64,000 nt of DNA from the human T2T-CHM13v2.0 reference genome, Homo sapiens: the NCBI RefSeq assembly GCF_009914755.1, contig NC_060947.1; one strand, written 5' to 3'. This document shows, piece by piece, positions 15,491-28,820 of the stretch. How positions within the stretch are numbered: the first letter of the stretch is position 1; every line of letters starts with the position of its first letter. The notes beneath the pieces were generated by a model, which did not search any database, was not told the DNA's origin, and saw nothing but the letters and a program-made list of their open reading frames with translations. A program made the position numbers and the translations under genes.

Positions 15491-15745
15491 TTAGAGGGTG
15501 TTGGATTGCAACTCTTTCTGGCTTCCTGCTGAAATTGGGCGTTGTGTGGGGAAGAGCAGCTGGGGCTCCTCCTGGGGTTGATCTAAGGGTCCTTGGAAGT
15601 AAAGCTTGGCCATGTGTGGTTCTGTCTGCAGCATCATTTGGAGTTGATTGCTTCTAGACAAGAACAGACAAATTTTAGTTTGAATATGAGCATTAAGACT
15701 ACCACTATTAGTGGGGGTACTGTAGGCCACAACCATGACAGTAGA
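15491..15745 (-). pseudogene. Frameshifted retroviral env remnant (TM helix and cytoplasmic tail)
   Basis: Translates LLSWLWPTVPPLIVVVLMLIFKLKFVCSCLEAI, then after a 1-nt frameshift LQMMLQTEPHMAKLYFQGPLDQP...RPISAGS, similar to the HERV-W-type Env C-terminus. Confidence 0.8.
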
Positions 15746-18700
15746 GTTTGATATCTGTCAGCCATTCTGATGGACTGTAATACTGGTTTGCCTCCACCAG
15801 AGGTCGCTGTACTTTACCTTAAGCATTGATAATTTTTCTTTGAGAAAAACCTGTATTTCCCTCTTGACTTGTTATTAGGGGATAATCTTAGATCTAGGCC
15901 ATCTTTTATAACTTGCAATGTAATTGGGAGAAATACGTTATTGGGTGGCTAGAGTAACTTTAGTGTTAACCTTGGCTAATTTTTTCCTGCAATTACCAAT
16001 CCTCTCATGACTTCCACAGACCATCTACGACATGCTTAAACTTTCTGGCTTGTCCTAAACATCCCTCTTTTTAAACTACCAGTTATTCTCTTTAGGACAA
16101 TAATTTACTGTACAAGATCCTTTCTTAAATAAAATCTCTTCTCTTTATAGCTTTTTTGCATAGCTAGGGTGTGACATATTACCAAACCCAATAAAAAGTT
16201 CTAGCAGATTTATTGATGGTAAAACTTTCATGTTTACTTCTTGTCGGTAACTATTATTCCTCCTTTAAGGATAATAATTAAGCAAAATACTATAGCAATG
16301 GAAACTGTCTGATTTTCCAGTTAGAAGGTGTTCTGGTGTATAGCTCTACTGCAAATAGTAGAGTGAGTATAGCAATTCCCACAAGAGTAGTGTAGTGTAT
16401 AAAATTTTACTTGCCAATATATAGAATTTCCCTTTGGGGGTCTTTGAAGTTCCTTGGTTTTATTTTCCCAGTCAAAGAAACCTACAGGTTATGGGCACCT
16501 TATTTACTTTCATTACCTGGCAGGATTTGCAGGATAATTGCCCAGAACTAGGATATTGATCCAGATTTTTACATTACCCATCCCTTTTTGTTTCTTCTGA
16601 GCTGCAGGAGATCACTACTTGATTCACAGAAATAAGCAGAGTTAGTCTAAAATGTAGGCAAAAAAATTTTAAAACAACGAATGAAACTAGAACTTAATGA
16701 TAAATGTATAATAAGTTTTGGAGCATAATTTTTCTATCTCCAGTCCTCATTTTCAGTAAAAACAAATTATGATAGGACTGTGTTGTTTGTAGAATAAACT
16801 TTAGTCTTATACTTGGCCTGATTATTTGCATAAAGTACAGCAAGAATAATTATTGCTACATAGGCCTTTTGGATTAGTTTTGATGGAACTCTGCTCCACA
16901 AGGGATCTCAGATAAAACCTTTTAAAGCCAAGTACAGCCATGGATTTGTACCCTCAAATACCTGTGAGTTGGGTGATCCTTTCCTCTTAAGGTTCCAAGA
17001 TAAACTTGGAGCTCCTGGACCTGTTAGAAAGTGACATTCTTTACTGACCACAGGTCGGGAACCCTGTACAGGGACTGTGTAGGCAAGGGCATGAGACCAG
17101 TCTCCCCAAGGGACTTTTATGGGCTCTGCAAGTCAAGCTTGATTCCTTAAAGGGGAACACACCCTTCCAGCCAAAGCCTTGGTAAAACAACCAGTTCCTC
17201 CAATTGTGTCCTATTGCAAAAAGAAAATGGATTCTTATTGCACTGATGCAAATAACTATATTGCCATAAGTTAAGAATACTCACAAATAGATTCCAAAGT
17301 TTAGAGGAACCAGGCAGTAAGAAATAAATATGCTTCAAATTTTGTTTACAGAAGTATACTTAATTGTTAAAAGCTATAGATAGCTTTAAAAGAAAGGTTG
17401 CCTTGACTTTGAAGAACAAAGCAAGGATTAGCAATGTTTCAAGAAAAAAGTTAAAAAAAAAGATTACTTCAGACTTCTATTAGTGTAGTTCGTGCAGTTA
17501 ACTCCTGTTTGATATTCATGAACATTTCAGCTCTTAATGAGTACTGTATGTTTTTCTCTATTCCAATGTTACAATCTTCAAAGCTATTAGAGACCTGCAT
17601 TTGAGGACACCTGTTAAAGTCCCATAGTTTGATTATAAACCATCTTTTGAGAAGCAACAAAGCAAGACAACAATTGTCTGCAAATGACAAAATTTCCAGG
17701 GTAGTTACAGTTAAAAACATTACTGACAAAGAGATTTGGTTATTTCTGTGGTTTATAATAACTTTGACCTTAATTATGATTGATATTGTATACTTAGACA
17801 TTAGAATTTTAGACATCCACACAATTTTGGAACATATATTAATATTATTCAGTAAAATATAACCTGAAGAAGATTAAACATCATTTTGGCAATTTCACAT
17901 ACCTAAACATGTTAAATAATCCTGTTTACCTTTCTTTTTTGGACACTACGGGGGCCCTTCTGGAGCCTCTGAAAAGCCAGGTGTCAGGAAAGACAATTTT
18001 GAAACTGAGGTTTGATTTTTGGAATCCTGTTAAATATGTCAGCAGTTTAAACACTTGATGATGTTATGAAATAGAATTCCAGATTACCATAAATTATTTA
18101 TTTTGCCAAAATAATGACTCAAAAATTTTAAAAAGGCAAAAACCTTTCATTAGCCTTTAGTATTACATGAAAATCCTGTTCAAAGCCAAATTTTACCCTT
18201 GCATTATTTTATTAATGTTAACCCAAATTTTAAAGTGAAAACTCATAGACAATTCCATCTAATCTTAACCAATTTGACCATGAGGTGAAATTTTTACTAT
18301 CCTTTTATAACTTTTGCTCAAGGGCAGACTAACATCTTATGACAACCTTGCTGTGCTTTTATTTCAATGCTCAATTTATGAAAAGACCGTATAATATGCT
18401 TTTGAAATTAGTTAATGTTTACACATGGGATTTTCGCAAGATTAATTTTTACAATCGTTCCACAACTTGCTTAAACTTTCAGCTTTATCTTATCTATTTT
18501 CAGACAATCCTTTATCCCTAAGCAAAACTTACATTTCCATGTCTTCTTATAATCTTTTATTAAAAACACATTTTAATGTTTTTACACACCTTGCATGTAA
18601 ATCCATTTTTAGTAGTTTAAATTACATGTTATAATGGTAACTTTTAGCAATTTATAACTTTAATGTGAAGGCTAGTAAGTTGTTTTGATTATGTACTAGG

Positions 18701-19949
18701 CACAGATAAAGTCTGACTTTTTCCAGCATAGTTAGGGGCATGGTTAATTTCATATATCCCCAGACCTTACCAAGTTGTAAAGCAGGTAGTTTATTGAAAC
18801 ATTTAGCAAACCTAGTATCTGACTTGTATGATTTAGACCACCAATTTGCATTTTGATGACACTTGTATTTTACCAATAATCCTTAAGACTAATTTTATTT
18901 CTTAAAGATTGAAGTCACATGAACTATAAGGCATTATAGCTTTTATCTTTCCTTTAAAAATATTTGATTTAAGTGCTTATTTTTCTTTAAGCCAATCAAT
19001 TAGAGCTCTTTTTATAGACATTACACACAACACATATATAGCTACACAGACAGAAGATTCAGCACTTGGAAGATTTTTCATTTGCCAGTTTCTTAATTGG
19101 ACTACTGGCTTCAGGGTGTAGCCCTTGAAGGAACAGAGCCAGGAGAGCATGCATTTCTAGAGCCAAATAAGCAGGCACAGCTGAAGGCAAAGACAGATTC
19201 CAAAAATTAAGGGTGCCCTTTTATAGTGGATCCTGGATCCCCCAAAGGAGGGAAATACTATGGGAGAAGATACTGAAATGCTTCAACTGTGCATTTCATT
19301 GCAAGGCAACCCAAAGCCAACCAGCCGACCTCGTAATCAACCCATCCCCCATAGGAGTCTCATCTCTCAGTGGGTGGGGGGTAGGGATGTTTCCATATCT
19401 TCCAGGTGGCCAAGAGCATGCTTCTCTTATTCAACTGTGCAGAGTCAAGTATCCTACCATAACTACTATTAGCCATCCCTTAAAGTATATTTCCTACCTG
19501 CTTATTACACACCAAAGCTCTCTCACAATGAGAAGTAATTTCTGATACCCCCAAAACTCAAAACCATCAGATAATACAATGCAAGACAGAACAGAGCCTT
19601 TCATTTTGAGAGGGATTTATCCATTTTTAATTCCTGGGGTTTCATGAGGAAAACAGAGTATTTCTCCAAAACGGGGTTTGTGGTGCCTCCTCTGTTTTTC
19701 CCAAGTAGTCCCAAGTTACTAGAAGTTATCTTAGGGCCTCTCATGTGTGCATTAAAAGTGACAAGACAAAAAATGGAAAAAAATAATTCAGTTGACTAAG
19801 AAGAAAAAAAAAACATTTTTTTCCAGAAAAACAAGACCCAAGAAGAGGAAAAAAAAAACAAACATAAAGGGCTAAAGGGCTTTTAAATATACCTATAGCT
19901 TGGATATCCACTTTTAATTAAGCTGAGCACTCTTTAAGAAAATCCTTTT

Positions 19950-20314
<365 letters not shown>

Positions 20315-20409
20315 TTACCAAAAGTAACTTCATAGATCAAACCAACAAGCCTTAATTAGGTTATGACTTAGCCACGAGTATATGAGGTATTTTCAAAGAG
20401 GTGTTAAGT

Positions 20410-20620
20410 CACAAAATTGTGAACGAGACAGTGAAAGAGATCTGACCCAACCAACTCCATCTTGCTTCCAGCCCCCAAGCTGTCCTTACCCATCCCTGGG
20501 CATAGGCTGAACTAACTCTGGGAGGAGCTTGGTTTACAGTTTATGGTCCCAAACAAAGACAATAGCAGCCCCTTCCCAAAATAAAATTCCCTTTTGCCTG
20601 GGGACCAGACCAAGAAACTA
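20410..20620 (+). mobile_element. LTR8 5' fragment inside the provirus, opposite orientation
   Basis: gagacagtgaaagagatctgacc...actccatcttgcttc...aagctgtcctt...taggctgaactaact matches recalled LTR8 U3. Confidence 0.75.
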
Positions 20621-21702
20621 TTATGGCCCGTGTTGAAGTGTTTACTCTTATAGATTGTCTCCAGCTAACTTCTGGACTTAAAATTTCCTTACTATTTTAG
20701 GTACCATTTTAATTGGAGGTAGAATAGGTACCATAAAAGAATGTAGGGAGTGAATGACAGTTTTCCTGCTGATGGGACAGTATCAAGACTAAAATTTGAT
20801 TTCGGAGGACATTTTCCTCCTCATTGTTGAAGGCAGAGTTTCCTCATTTACAGAAGCAGCATAAATCATGGTCTCTAGTAGAGGAGCACAAAAAGGGAGG
20901 AGAATTGGGAAGCTAGAGTGTTTCTGCGAAGGGGCAAAAATGTGCCCCATGGAGAGGATTCCTATTCCACTAGGTGGCGATGTTGACCTTAAAATGCCAT
21001 AAGCTCTCCAGACCAAGGGCAGAGTGACCTTGAAATGCCATGTGCTCTACAGACCAAGGGCAGAGAGAGACACTCACTGTGGGTGGGCGGGGAGAGACCT
21101 TCTGTTCCTCTAAAATCACAAAAACGGGCTTCCCTTGAGTTTTATCCCCAGTTACTATGGCATTTCCTGATCTTGCCTAACGTGATTATTTCCCTGACCT
21201 GAACTGTAAAAATTCCCATAACATTGCATATAGAGACAGGATAGGAGACATGGCAGTTGTGGACAGGAAAGGAGGAAATTACCATAGGAAAAGCTGAAGA
21301 TCCTGTTGCCAATGCCCAGTTGGGCAGTCGGAGCCTGGAGTCAGTCCGGAAGCCTTCTGATAACACCGGGGTGTAGTCCTGGCCAGAAATCCTCCGTTGT
21401 TTCAGGAACTCTTCCAGCCCCACATGATGGCTAGGTCCTCTGTGAAAGGAAACGGTTCAAAACATGGCCAACATGCCCAGCAACATGGATGGTGGGGGAT
21501 TCTCCATGTTCTCCCCAGCAAGCCTATACCCCAAGTCTTGTAAGGCTGGCAGCCATGCTAATCGTTTTTTAAATGGCTTATGGGGGCCCAGTATTTTGGT
21601 TAGATTTGATTTTAAAATGAAGGCCGAGAGCCTCTAAATGAAAGGACAGAATTGAGGTTCACACCTATACTCACTGTTTCAATAAATATACCCTGCATTC
21701 CA

Positions 21703-21720
21703 ATACCAGACAAGCCCCCA
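21703..21720 (-). promoter_or_regulatory. Primer binding site, tRNA-Pro
   Basis: Minus strand tgggggcttgtctggtat vs TGGGGGCTCGTCCGGGAT (15/18), 3 nt from the 5' LTR end. Confidence 0.88.
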
Positions 21721-21723
21721 CAA

Positions 21724-22363
21724 TGAAGTGGCATAATTCGTCTAGGGTAAGACCCGAGGTTAATTGCCTCATTCTAAGGAAATGAAGGACATGAACACAT
21801 GTGGAGTGAGGTTAAGAGCAGAGGTTTAATAGGTAAAAGAAAGAGAAAAGAGAATAGCTCTCTCCTGAAGAGAGAGAGGGCCTCCCAAGTGGGTCTTCCA
21901 GTCCCATGGTGAAGTGCACGGGGTTTTATAGACTGGCTTGAGGAGGTGGTGTCTGATTTAGGCAGGGCTCAAAGATTGGCTGGATCAGGTATGACATTTA
22001 CATAGCACACGAGGAAGCTGGCCACCCACCCTAATCTTTCATTATGCAAATGGGTTTTCTACCTGGCCAGTGCCATATTTTCTGCTCCTTACTGTACACG
22101 TGGTTGACAAAGAAAAGGGAAGATGGAGCTGCCATGTTGGACATGCCTAGCCCCTAGTTAGCCTTTTCCTATTGTCACAGCTGCTGGCATTCACCCATGC
22201 AAGCTTCCAGCTTGCTTATGTATGTCTGCAGCTCGATTTTACAGGCTGCTTTTTGTTAGAAAAGAAATGATTTGGGGGCTGCTTTTTATCAAAGGGAAAC
22301 CTCACCGAGGACTTCCTTACTCTCACTATCTCCTTAAATAATTTCCTTTTAACTCCTATATCA
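21724..22363 (-). repeat. 5' LTR (LTR9 family), intact TG...CA termini
   Basis: Minus strand starts tgatataggagttaaaaggaaattattt and ends gccacttca; contains tataaaa, attaaa and octamer ATGCAAAT (22044-22051). Confidence 0.92.
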
Positions 22364-22939
22364 ATATCTTTCTTCACATATTATTTTTTTTTCCTATGAG
22401 GCATTCCAGAAATTTTAGCAGTCAGGGACCATCTTAATCCAAGTTCAAGGACTAAGGATTTTTGGAACCTTCATATGACTAAATCTGAACTGAAAATTCC
22501 TGTGAAGGTTGGTTTACTTCCAATTCATTCTTAATCGTAGGAGAAGACTCTTCAGGATCCCAGCCCAAAGGGGAGGGTACGGTGGGGAATTAGCAGGATT
22601 CCTATTCTTGGTGGACTATGGACACCCAGTTTTATCTATTTAGCCTTGCAAGGCTACCAAAAATAATATCTAAGGCCCTTAACCATTCTTTGTGGCTTGG
22701 CATATTATCCTGGCTCAACAAGAATCCTTAATGCTGGTTGTACTTCTCAAGGTCTTCTTCCTCCCCCAAATCTTGGTCTTGTAATTCTTCACTATTGTTT
22801 GCTCTTTGCCTGTTTATCTTAGGTGGAATAATCACATATGAATAACCTGGTCTGCCCTAATTACTGGGAGAAATAGACTGGGTAAGAGGTACTGAGATGG
22901 CTGCATATCTGTAATTCTTGACATAATTCACCCTCACTA

Positions 22940-23045
22940 ATTTTTTTCAGAGAACTGAATTATCTAAGATCATGCAGAGGATTAGTAATAACATCAGGGC
23001 TAAAACTCAGGTCTCCAAATTGCCTGTCTGAATGTTTCTTCTATA
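22940..23045 (-). mobile_element. MIR SINE fragment
   Basis: aattatctaagatcatgcag...ttagtaata...gggctaaaactcaggtctcc resembles the antisense MIR core. Confidence 0.55.
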
Positions 23046-25608
23046 TCTGGGAGAGTAGCTCTGTTACATTTTAGATGGTCAATGAATATTTATGGAATTA
23101 AAAAATATATTAATGTCATGTACTTTCATATAAAATCTCATAATATGAACAAAGTTAAACTTCATTGATTGATACCATTCACATGTTTATTAAAAAAACA
23201 ACATGGAATTCACGTCTGGATGGTACCCATTAGTTTTTTATTTAGGGAAAACAGCCAGCAGGTTTGATTTATGCAATTTCAGACAGCTTCATTTCCTATT
23301 CTGCTTTTAATTTGCTCTGCCAAAAGTGATATAATTATCTCTTATCGTCTTCATTTTAAAGCCCAGGGAGAGAGTTTCCTTAAATGCAAACACAGTTATT
23401 ATCCAAGTCTTAACTTCCAGCAAAGGACTAGATGCCATACAGAACACAGTTTTTAAATTAGCCTTGCCTATGCTGCATATGAGCTGAAACCAACCCCATT
23501 GCTACATTTTACACTTCACAAAGAAGTTATAGGTAAAATCCTCTGAGGAAAGAACATCCCTGAATCATTTCATTGTTAGAGGTAAGTCAATTTCTTCTAA
23601 TCACAAGGACTACCTCCTTCTGCCTAGAATTTAGAAAGCTGAGAAGGCTGTCATTTCCACACTAACAATGAGAAAAAAAACAGTACTAAATATAAAATCA
23701 TTAATTTTATTGTACCCATCAGAGATCTGAGGTTACAGAATAACCAACGAGGCTAAGATCTTGGAAAGATAGATACTTCTAAGGTAAAATGTAGCACAGC
23801 CATTGTCTTACCTATGGCAGAGCACAGGAGGAAGACAGAGTTGTTACACAAGTGGCTAAAAAGATTTCACTAAAATATTTAAAAATTTGCTAAATGCCAA
23901 GTGTGGGCTAGCAAGAGACTACAGAATTCCCTAGAGCTGCAAACAATAAAAGAAGACTGCATACACCTGAAGGTTCTTCTCCAGGGACTTTACTTGTGCT
24001 AAAGAGAAAGATTGTGAGGTAGGCTGATTATCAGAGAAAATATCCCTCAGTTTAAAACGATGCCATTCATCACATCAACAGAGTAAAGAAGCAAAACAAC
24101 GTGATCATCTCAATAAATGCAGAAAAAGTTTTGGCAAAGTTCAACATCCATTTACACTAAAAACTCTCAGAAAAGTAGAGAAAGGAACTTCCTGTACTTG
24201 CTAAAGGATATACTTTAAAAACCCTACAAATAATATAATATGTATTGATGAAAAACTGAATACTTTCTTCACGATTTCAGGAAAAAAGCCAAATATTCTT
24301 ATCAGTCCTATTGAACATTGTATTTCAGGTCCCAGACAATGCAATAAGACAAGTACACTTACATAGACATATGAATATATACTTATATTCATATGCACAA
24401 GCGTATATAAATGGCATACAAAGTGGATATGAAGAAATAAAATTATATCTACTTGCAAATGCCATGATTTTCTACATTAGAAACCCAATGGAATCTAAAA
24501 GAAGCTGAATGAACTAATAAGTGACTTTAACAAGATTACAGGATGATAGGTCAATTTAAAAAAATCAATTTTACTTCAATATACTCATGATGAACAATTG
24601 GAAATTTAATTTTTAAAAATATCATTTAAAAAGTAGCTCTATAGTGGAGAAACCTGGCAAATACTACTACTGCCAAATGATCAAGGTTAATATCAATATT
24701 TATAAATCGTATTGATAATGTATGTTTCTCATATAATGTGATGAGAATGGCAATTTATCTTTGTGGCCTTCCTTCCAAACTTTCAACTCCATTCTAATCA
24801 TGAAAAAAATTAGACAAATTCCAATTGAGAAAAAAATGTAACAATTGCCTGGCCAGCACTCTTCAAAACTGTCAAGGTCACAAAAACAAGAAAATTCTGA
24901 GGAACTGTCACAGAACAGATGAGCCTAAGGAGACATGAAATATAAATGTAATATGGTACTCTGGATAGGATCCTGGAACAAAAAAAAAATGACATTAATA
25001 CAGTGTGACATTTTATCTATATTAGCACAACAATGTTGGTTCCTTAGTTTTTAACAATAGGGGAAACTGGGTGAAGGATATACAGTAACTCTGTGTTTTC
25101 TTTAAAATTGTTCTGTTAATTAATAACTATTCTAATATTTTTAAAGCTTATGAAAAATAGCATTTAAATTTGCACCAAAAACATGAAACAGATATAAATC
25201 TGACAAAATGTATGTAAGATCAGTATACTGAAAAGTATAAACACCGATAATAGTAATCAAATAACTTACTAATTGAGGGATATATCATGTTCACGGATTG
25301 GAAGACTCTTGTTAAAACAGCAATTTTAACAAAACTGATCTATAAATTCAGCTCAAACCCAATCAAAGTCCCAGCAGGAATTGTCCTAGAAATGAACAAA
25401 TCGATTCTAAATTTAGGTCAAAATGCAAAGGAGTTAGAAGAGCAAAAGGGTATTTTTTTTAAAAGGAACAAAGTTGGAGGATACATTTTACCAGATTCCA
25501 ATAATTATTATAAAGTTACACTAATCAAGACAATGTGGTATTGGTGAAAGGACAGGCAGGAACAGAAGAGACATTTGTAATGTAGACCCACACGTATTTG
25601 GTCAATTG

Positions 25609-26378
25609 TGGATTTTTATTGTATATGTTTAAGGTATTCAACATTGTTTTGATATATATAACGTAGTAAAATAATTACCACAGTCACGCAAATAAACATC
25701 CATCCCTTCATATAGTTACTTTTTTTGTGGTAAGAGCACCTGAATTCTACTGTCTTGGAAAATTTCCAGTATGGGATATAATATTAAGTGTAGTCATCGT
25801 ATTGTACATTCAATCTCTAGATTTATTTATCCTACATACCTGCAATCTTGTACCCTTTGACCAACAGCTCCCCACTTCCTTATCTTCCCTGCCTTGGTAA
25901 CCACCATTCAACTGTTTTTATGTATTCAACATTTTTTAGATTCCACATATGAATAAGATCATGTGGTATTTTTCTTTCTGTGTCTGGCCTATTTCACCTT
26001 ACATAATGTTCTCCAGGTTCATTTATATTGTCACAAATGGCAGGATTTCCTTCTTTTTTAAAGCTGAGTTGTATTTCATTGTATATATACCACAAGTTAT
26101 TGATTTATTAAACCACTGACTCACACATTGTTTCCATGTCTTGGCTAGTGTGAATAATGCTGCCATGAACTTGAAAGTGCAGCTGTCTCTATGCAGTAGT
26201 GATTTCATTTCCTTTGGGTATATACCCAGAGGAGAGAATGCTGGATCATACAGTAGTTCTACTTTTAGGTTTTTGAGGAACTTCCATACTGTTTTCCATA
26301 ATGGCTGTACGAATTTACATTCCTACCAAGTACAAGAACTCCCTTTTCTCCACATCCTTGTCAATATTTTTTATCTCT
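25609..26378 (-). mobile_element. L1MA9-like 3' fragment nested antisense in older L1
   Basis: Antisense L1MA 3' UTR; flanking gtcaattg at 25601-25608 and 26379-26386. Confidence 0.85.
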
Positions 26379-27439
26379 GTCAATTGATTTTTAAGAAAAA
26401 TGCAAAGCAATTCAATGGAGAAAGAATGGTATTTTCAATAAATGTTCCTGTAACAATTAGTTATCCATAAAGAAATTATGAATCTCATTCATAACTCATA
26501 AACTACACAAAAACTAAGTCAACTTGAATCAGATACCTAAATGTAAACCTGAGACCATAAAACTCCTAGAAAAATCATACGAACACATCTTTTTGAACTT
26601 GTGGTAAGCAAAAACTTTTTAAACACAATTCTAAAAGAGCTCATTCATTTAAAAAAGTTGTGTGATATACATATTTTTAAAGTTTTATGATATTTATATA
26701 CAAACACATATATATCACATATATACACATATACATATGATAGATTTACATGTTTATACACACATGATATATATATTGTGTGTGTGTGTATATATATATA
26801 TGTAAACCTTCTGCTCTTAACAGAATGAAGGAAAAAGCCAGAGATTGGAGTAAATATTTTTAAAGCATATATCTGATAAAGGAAATGAATCATATCTAGG
26901 ATACATACAGAAATCTCAAAACTCAATAATAAAATAGTAAGAAGAAAAACATTCTAACCAAGATGGGCAAAAGATTTAAACAAACACTTCAGTGAGGAAG
27001 AGATAGGCCTGACCTTAAGGACAAGAAAAGGAAATGCCCAACATCATCATACCACCATGAGATACCACTACACACTGATTAGAATGCTCAAACAAAAATA
27101 AGAACAAAAATTAAATAGAACATCCAAATGCACAAACAACCTGACAATTTCACAACCTAGGAAGGATGTTGAGCAACTGGAATTTTTATATGTTGCTTCT
27201 TAAAACACAAACTGGACCTTTCTTTCAATGTTAAATACATAGTTTACCCAAAGGTGGAAAACCTTATCTTCACACAAGAATCTGTACAGGAGTGTTTATG
27301 GTAGCTGTATTCATAATTGCTTAAAACTGGAAGCAAACCAAATGACCTTCAGTGGGAAAATGGATAAACAATATGTGATAGAAGTATCACAGATGTTTAC
27401 ATAACCTGTGATACTTAGCAGTAAAAAGTAAACTAATAA

Positions 27440-27575
27440 ATTCTTAGCTGGTAGAAGAGATACTATGATCACAAAATGGGTTTTGCTAGGGTGAGGCTTG
27501 TCTATTACACCAGGGATGTGCTGAACCTGAGATTCTTACCAAGAAACTCAACTGCAGAAATTTTGCTAGCAGGGT
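27440..27575 (+). pseudogene. U1 snRNA retropseudogene, 3'-truncated, with A-rich tail
   Basis: attcttagctggtagaagagatactatgatcacaaaatgggttttgctagggtgaggcttgtctattacaccagggatgtgctga...gaaactcaactgcagaaattttgctag is colinear with U1 (atacttacctggcaggggagataccatgatcacgaaggtggttttcccagggcgaggcttatccattgcactccggatgtgctga...); imperfect TSD taaactaataa / taaagcaataa. Confidence 0.9.
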
Positions 27576-28334
27576 AAGATCAAAACAGCAACAATAAAAA
27601 TAAAGCAATAAACGTAACAACATGAATGAATCACAACGCATTATGCTAAGGATAGGAAGCCAGACTCAAAGGGCCATAGAATTTATAATTCCATTTATAT
27701 GACATTCTGGACAGAAAACAGATCAGTGATTGCCAAGGACCAGAGGTAAGGGTAAGGGATTAACTAAAAAGGGGCATGGAGTGATGGGTGATGGAAACTG
27801 ATCTATATCATGATTGTGGTAGTGGCTACACAACTGTATGCTTTTGTCAAAACTAAAAGAACTGCTCTCTGAAAAAAATAAACTTTTCTAACTGTAAATT
27901 TGTCTCAATAAACCTGATCAAATAAAAGAATATATTTTTAATCATAAGGCAAACACTAAATGCCGTTGTATTCTGTCTCCAACTTTGATCAGAGATCAGT
28001 TTTTGTCCTGAGAATAAGAGAATAAAATAATTTCTGTCTGAAGCTGAGGTTTGTCTCAATTTTCTCCATTACTATGTTCTGAAATCCCCCTTTTCCATAA
28101 AATGACTCATTTGTCCAATCCTGCTGCCCAGGCTGTTACATGATGTAACTATCCACCTGCCTAAATTGCTGGTCTGAATTCCAGAACCCATCACAGCTGA
28201 ACTTCTTGTCATGGTTTCTATCCACTTGCCTACTTTTAGCTTTTGATTCCTCTAAGTTACTTGCACCCTATAAAAAGTAGTTTATGAATGATTAATGAAT
28301 AACCATCTTTCATCACCATTCAATTTGAATTTAA

Positions 28335-28820
28335 ATCAATAGATGTATTTACTGTATGAAAGAGGCACTGTGCTAGGAATTAGACATGTAATAATGGACA
28401 GGAGATACATTATTACTGGATATATCTTCTGCCTCCACAGAACTTAAGAGACTTATGGTAGAGAGTACATCTTCAATTACAACCTAATATGGACTTGGGT
28501 TGATATATGAGAACATGGAAGGGCCATGTAACAGGTTTAGTCTAGTCAGCCAAGCCTTTTCAAAGTGATTTCTAAATTGGGTAATGGAGGGTGGGTAGGA
28601 ATCACCCTAGGAGGTGAAGATAGGAGAGAAGAATAGTATTTCTGACATAAAGAGCACAGTCTGTAAAGCCCCAAACTGAGACAGCAAGGGAGTTCAATCA
28701 TCTGAAAGGGTTCCTTAAAACAGAGACATATGGTCACATGGTTGCTGAGACATGAAACTGGATATACAGACAGGGATCAAGCCATGAAAAGCCTAATATA
28801 TTGTATTAAAGGGTTTTTTC
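28335..28820 (-). mobile_element. L2 LINE fragment
   Basis: aggcactgtgctagg...ctgcctccacagaactta...gcacagtctgtaaagccc...agggatcaagccatgaaaagcct. Confidence 0.65.

Larger units (their letters stand above)
23608..27915 (+). mobile_element. Composite of old L1M (MC/MD/ME-type) fragments: 5' piece, ORF2 pieces and L1ME-like 3' end
   Basis: ORF2 text (catcacatcaacagagtaaag...gatcatctcaataaatgcagaaaaag), ORF2-like peptide 25287-25547, embedded L1MC/MD 3' UTR ~24640-25140, 3' end ...ctcaataaacctga. Confidence 0.8.
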
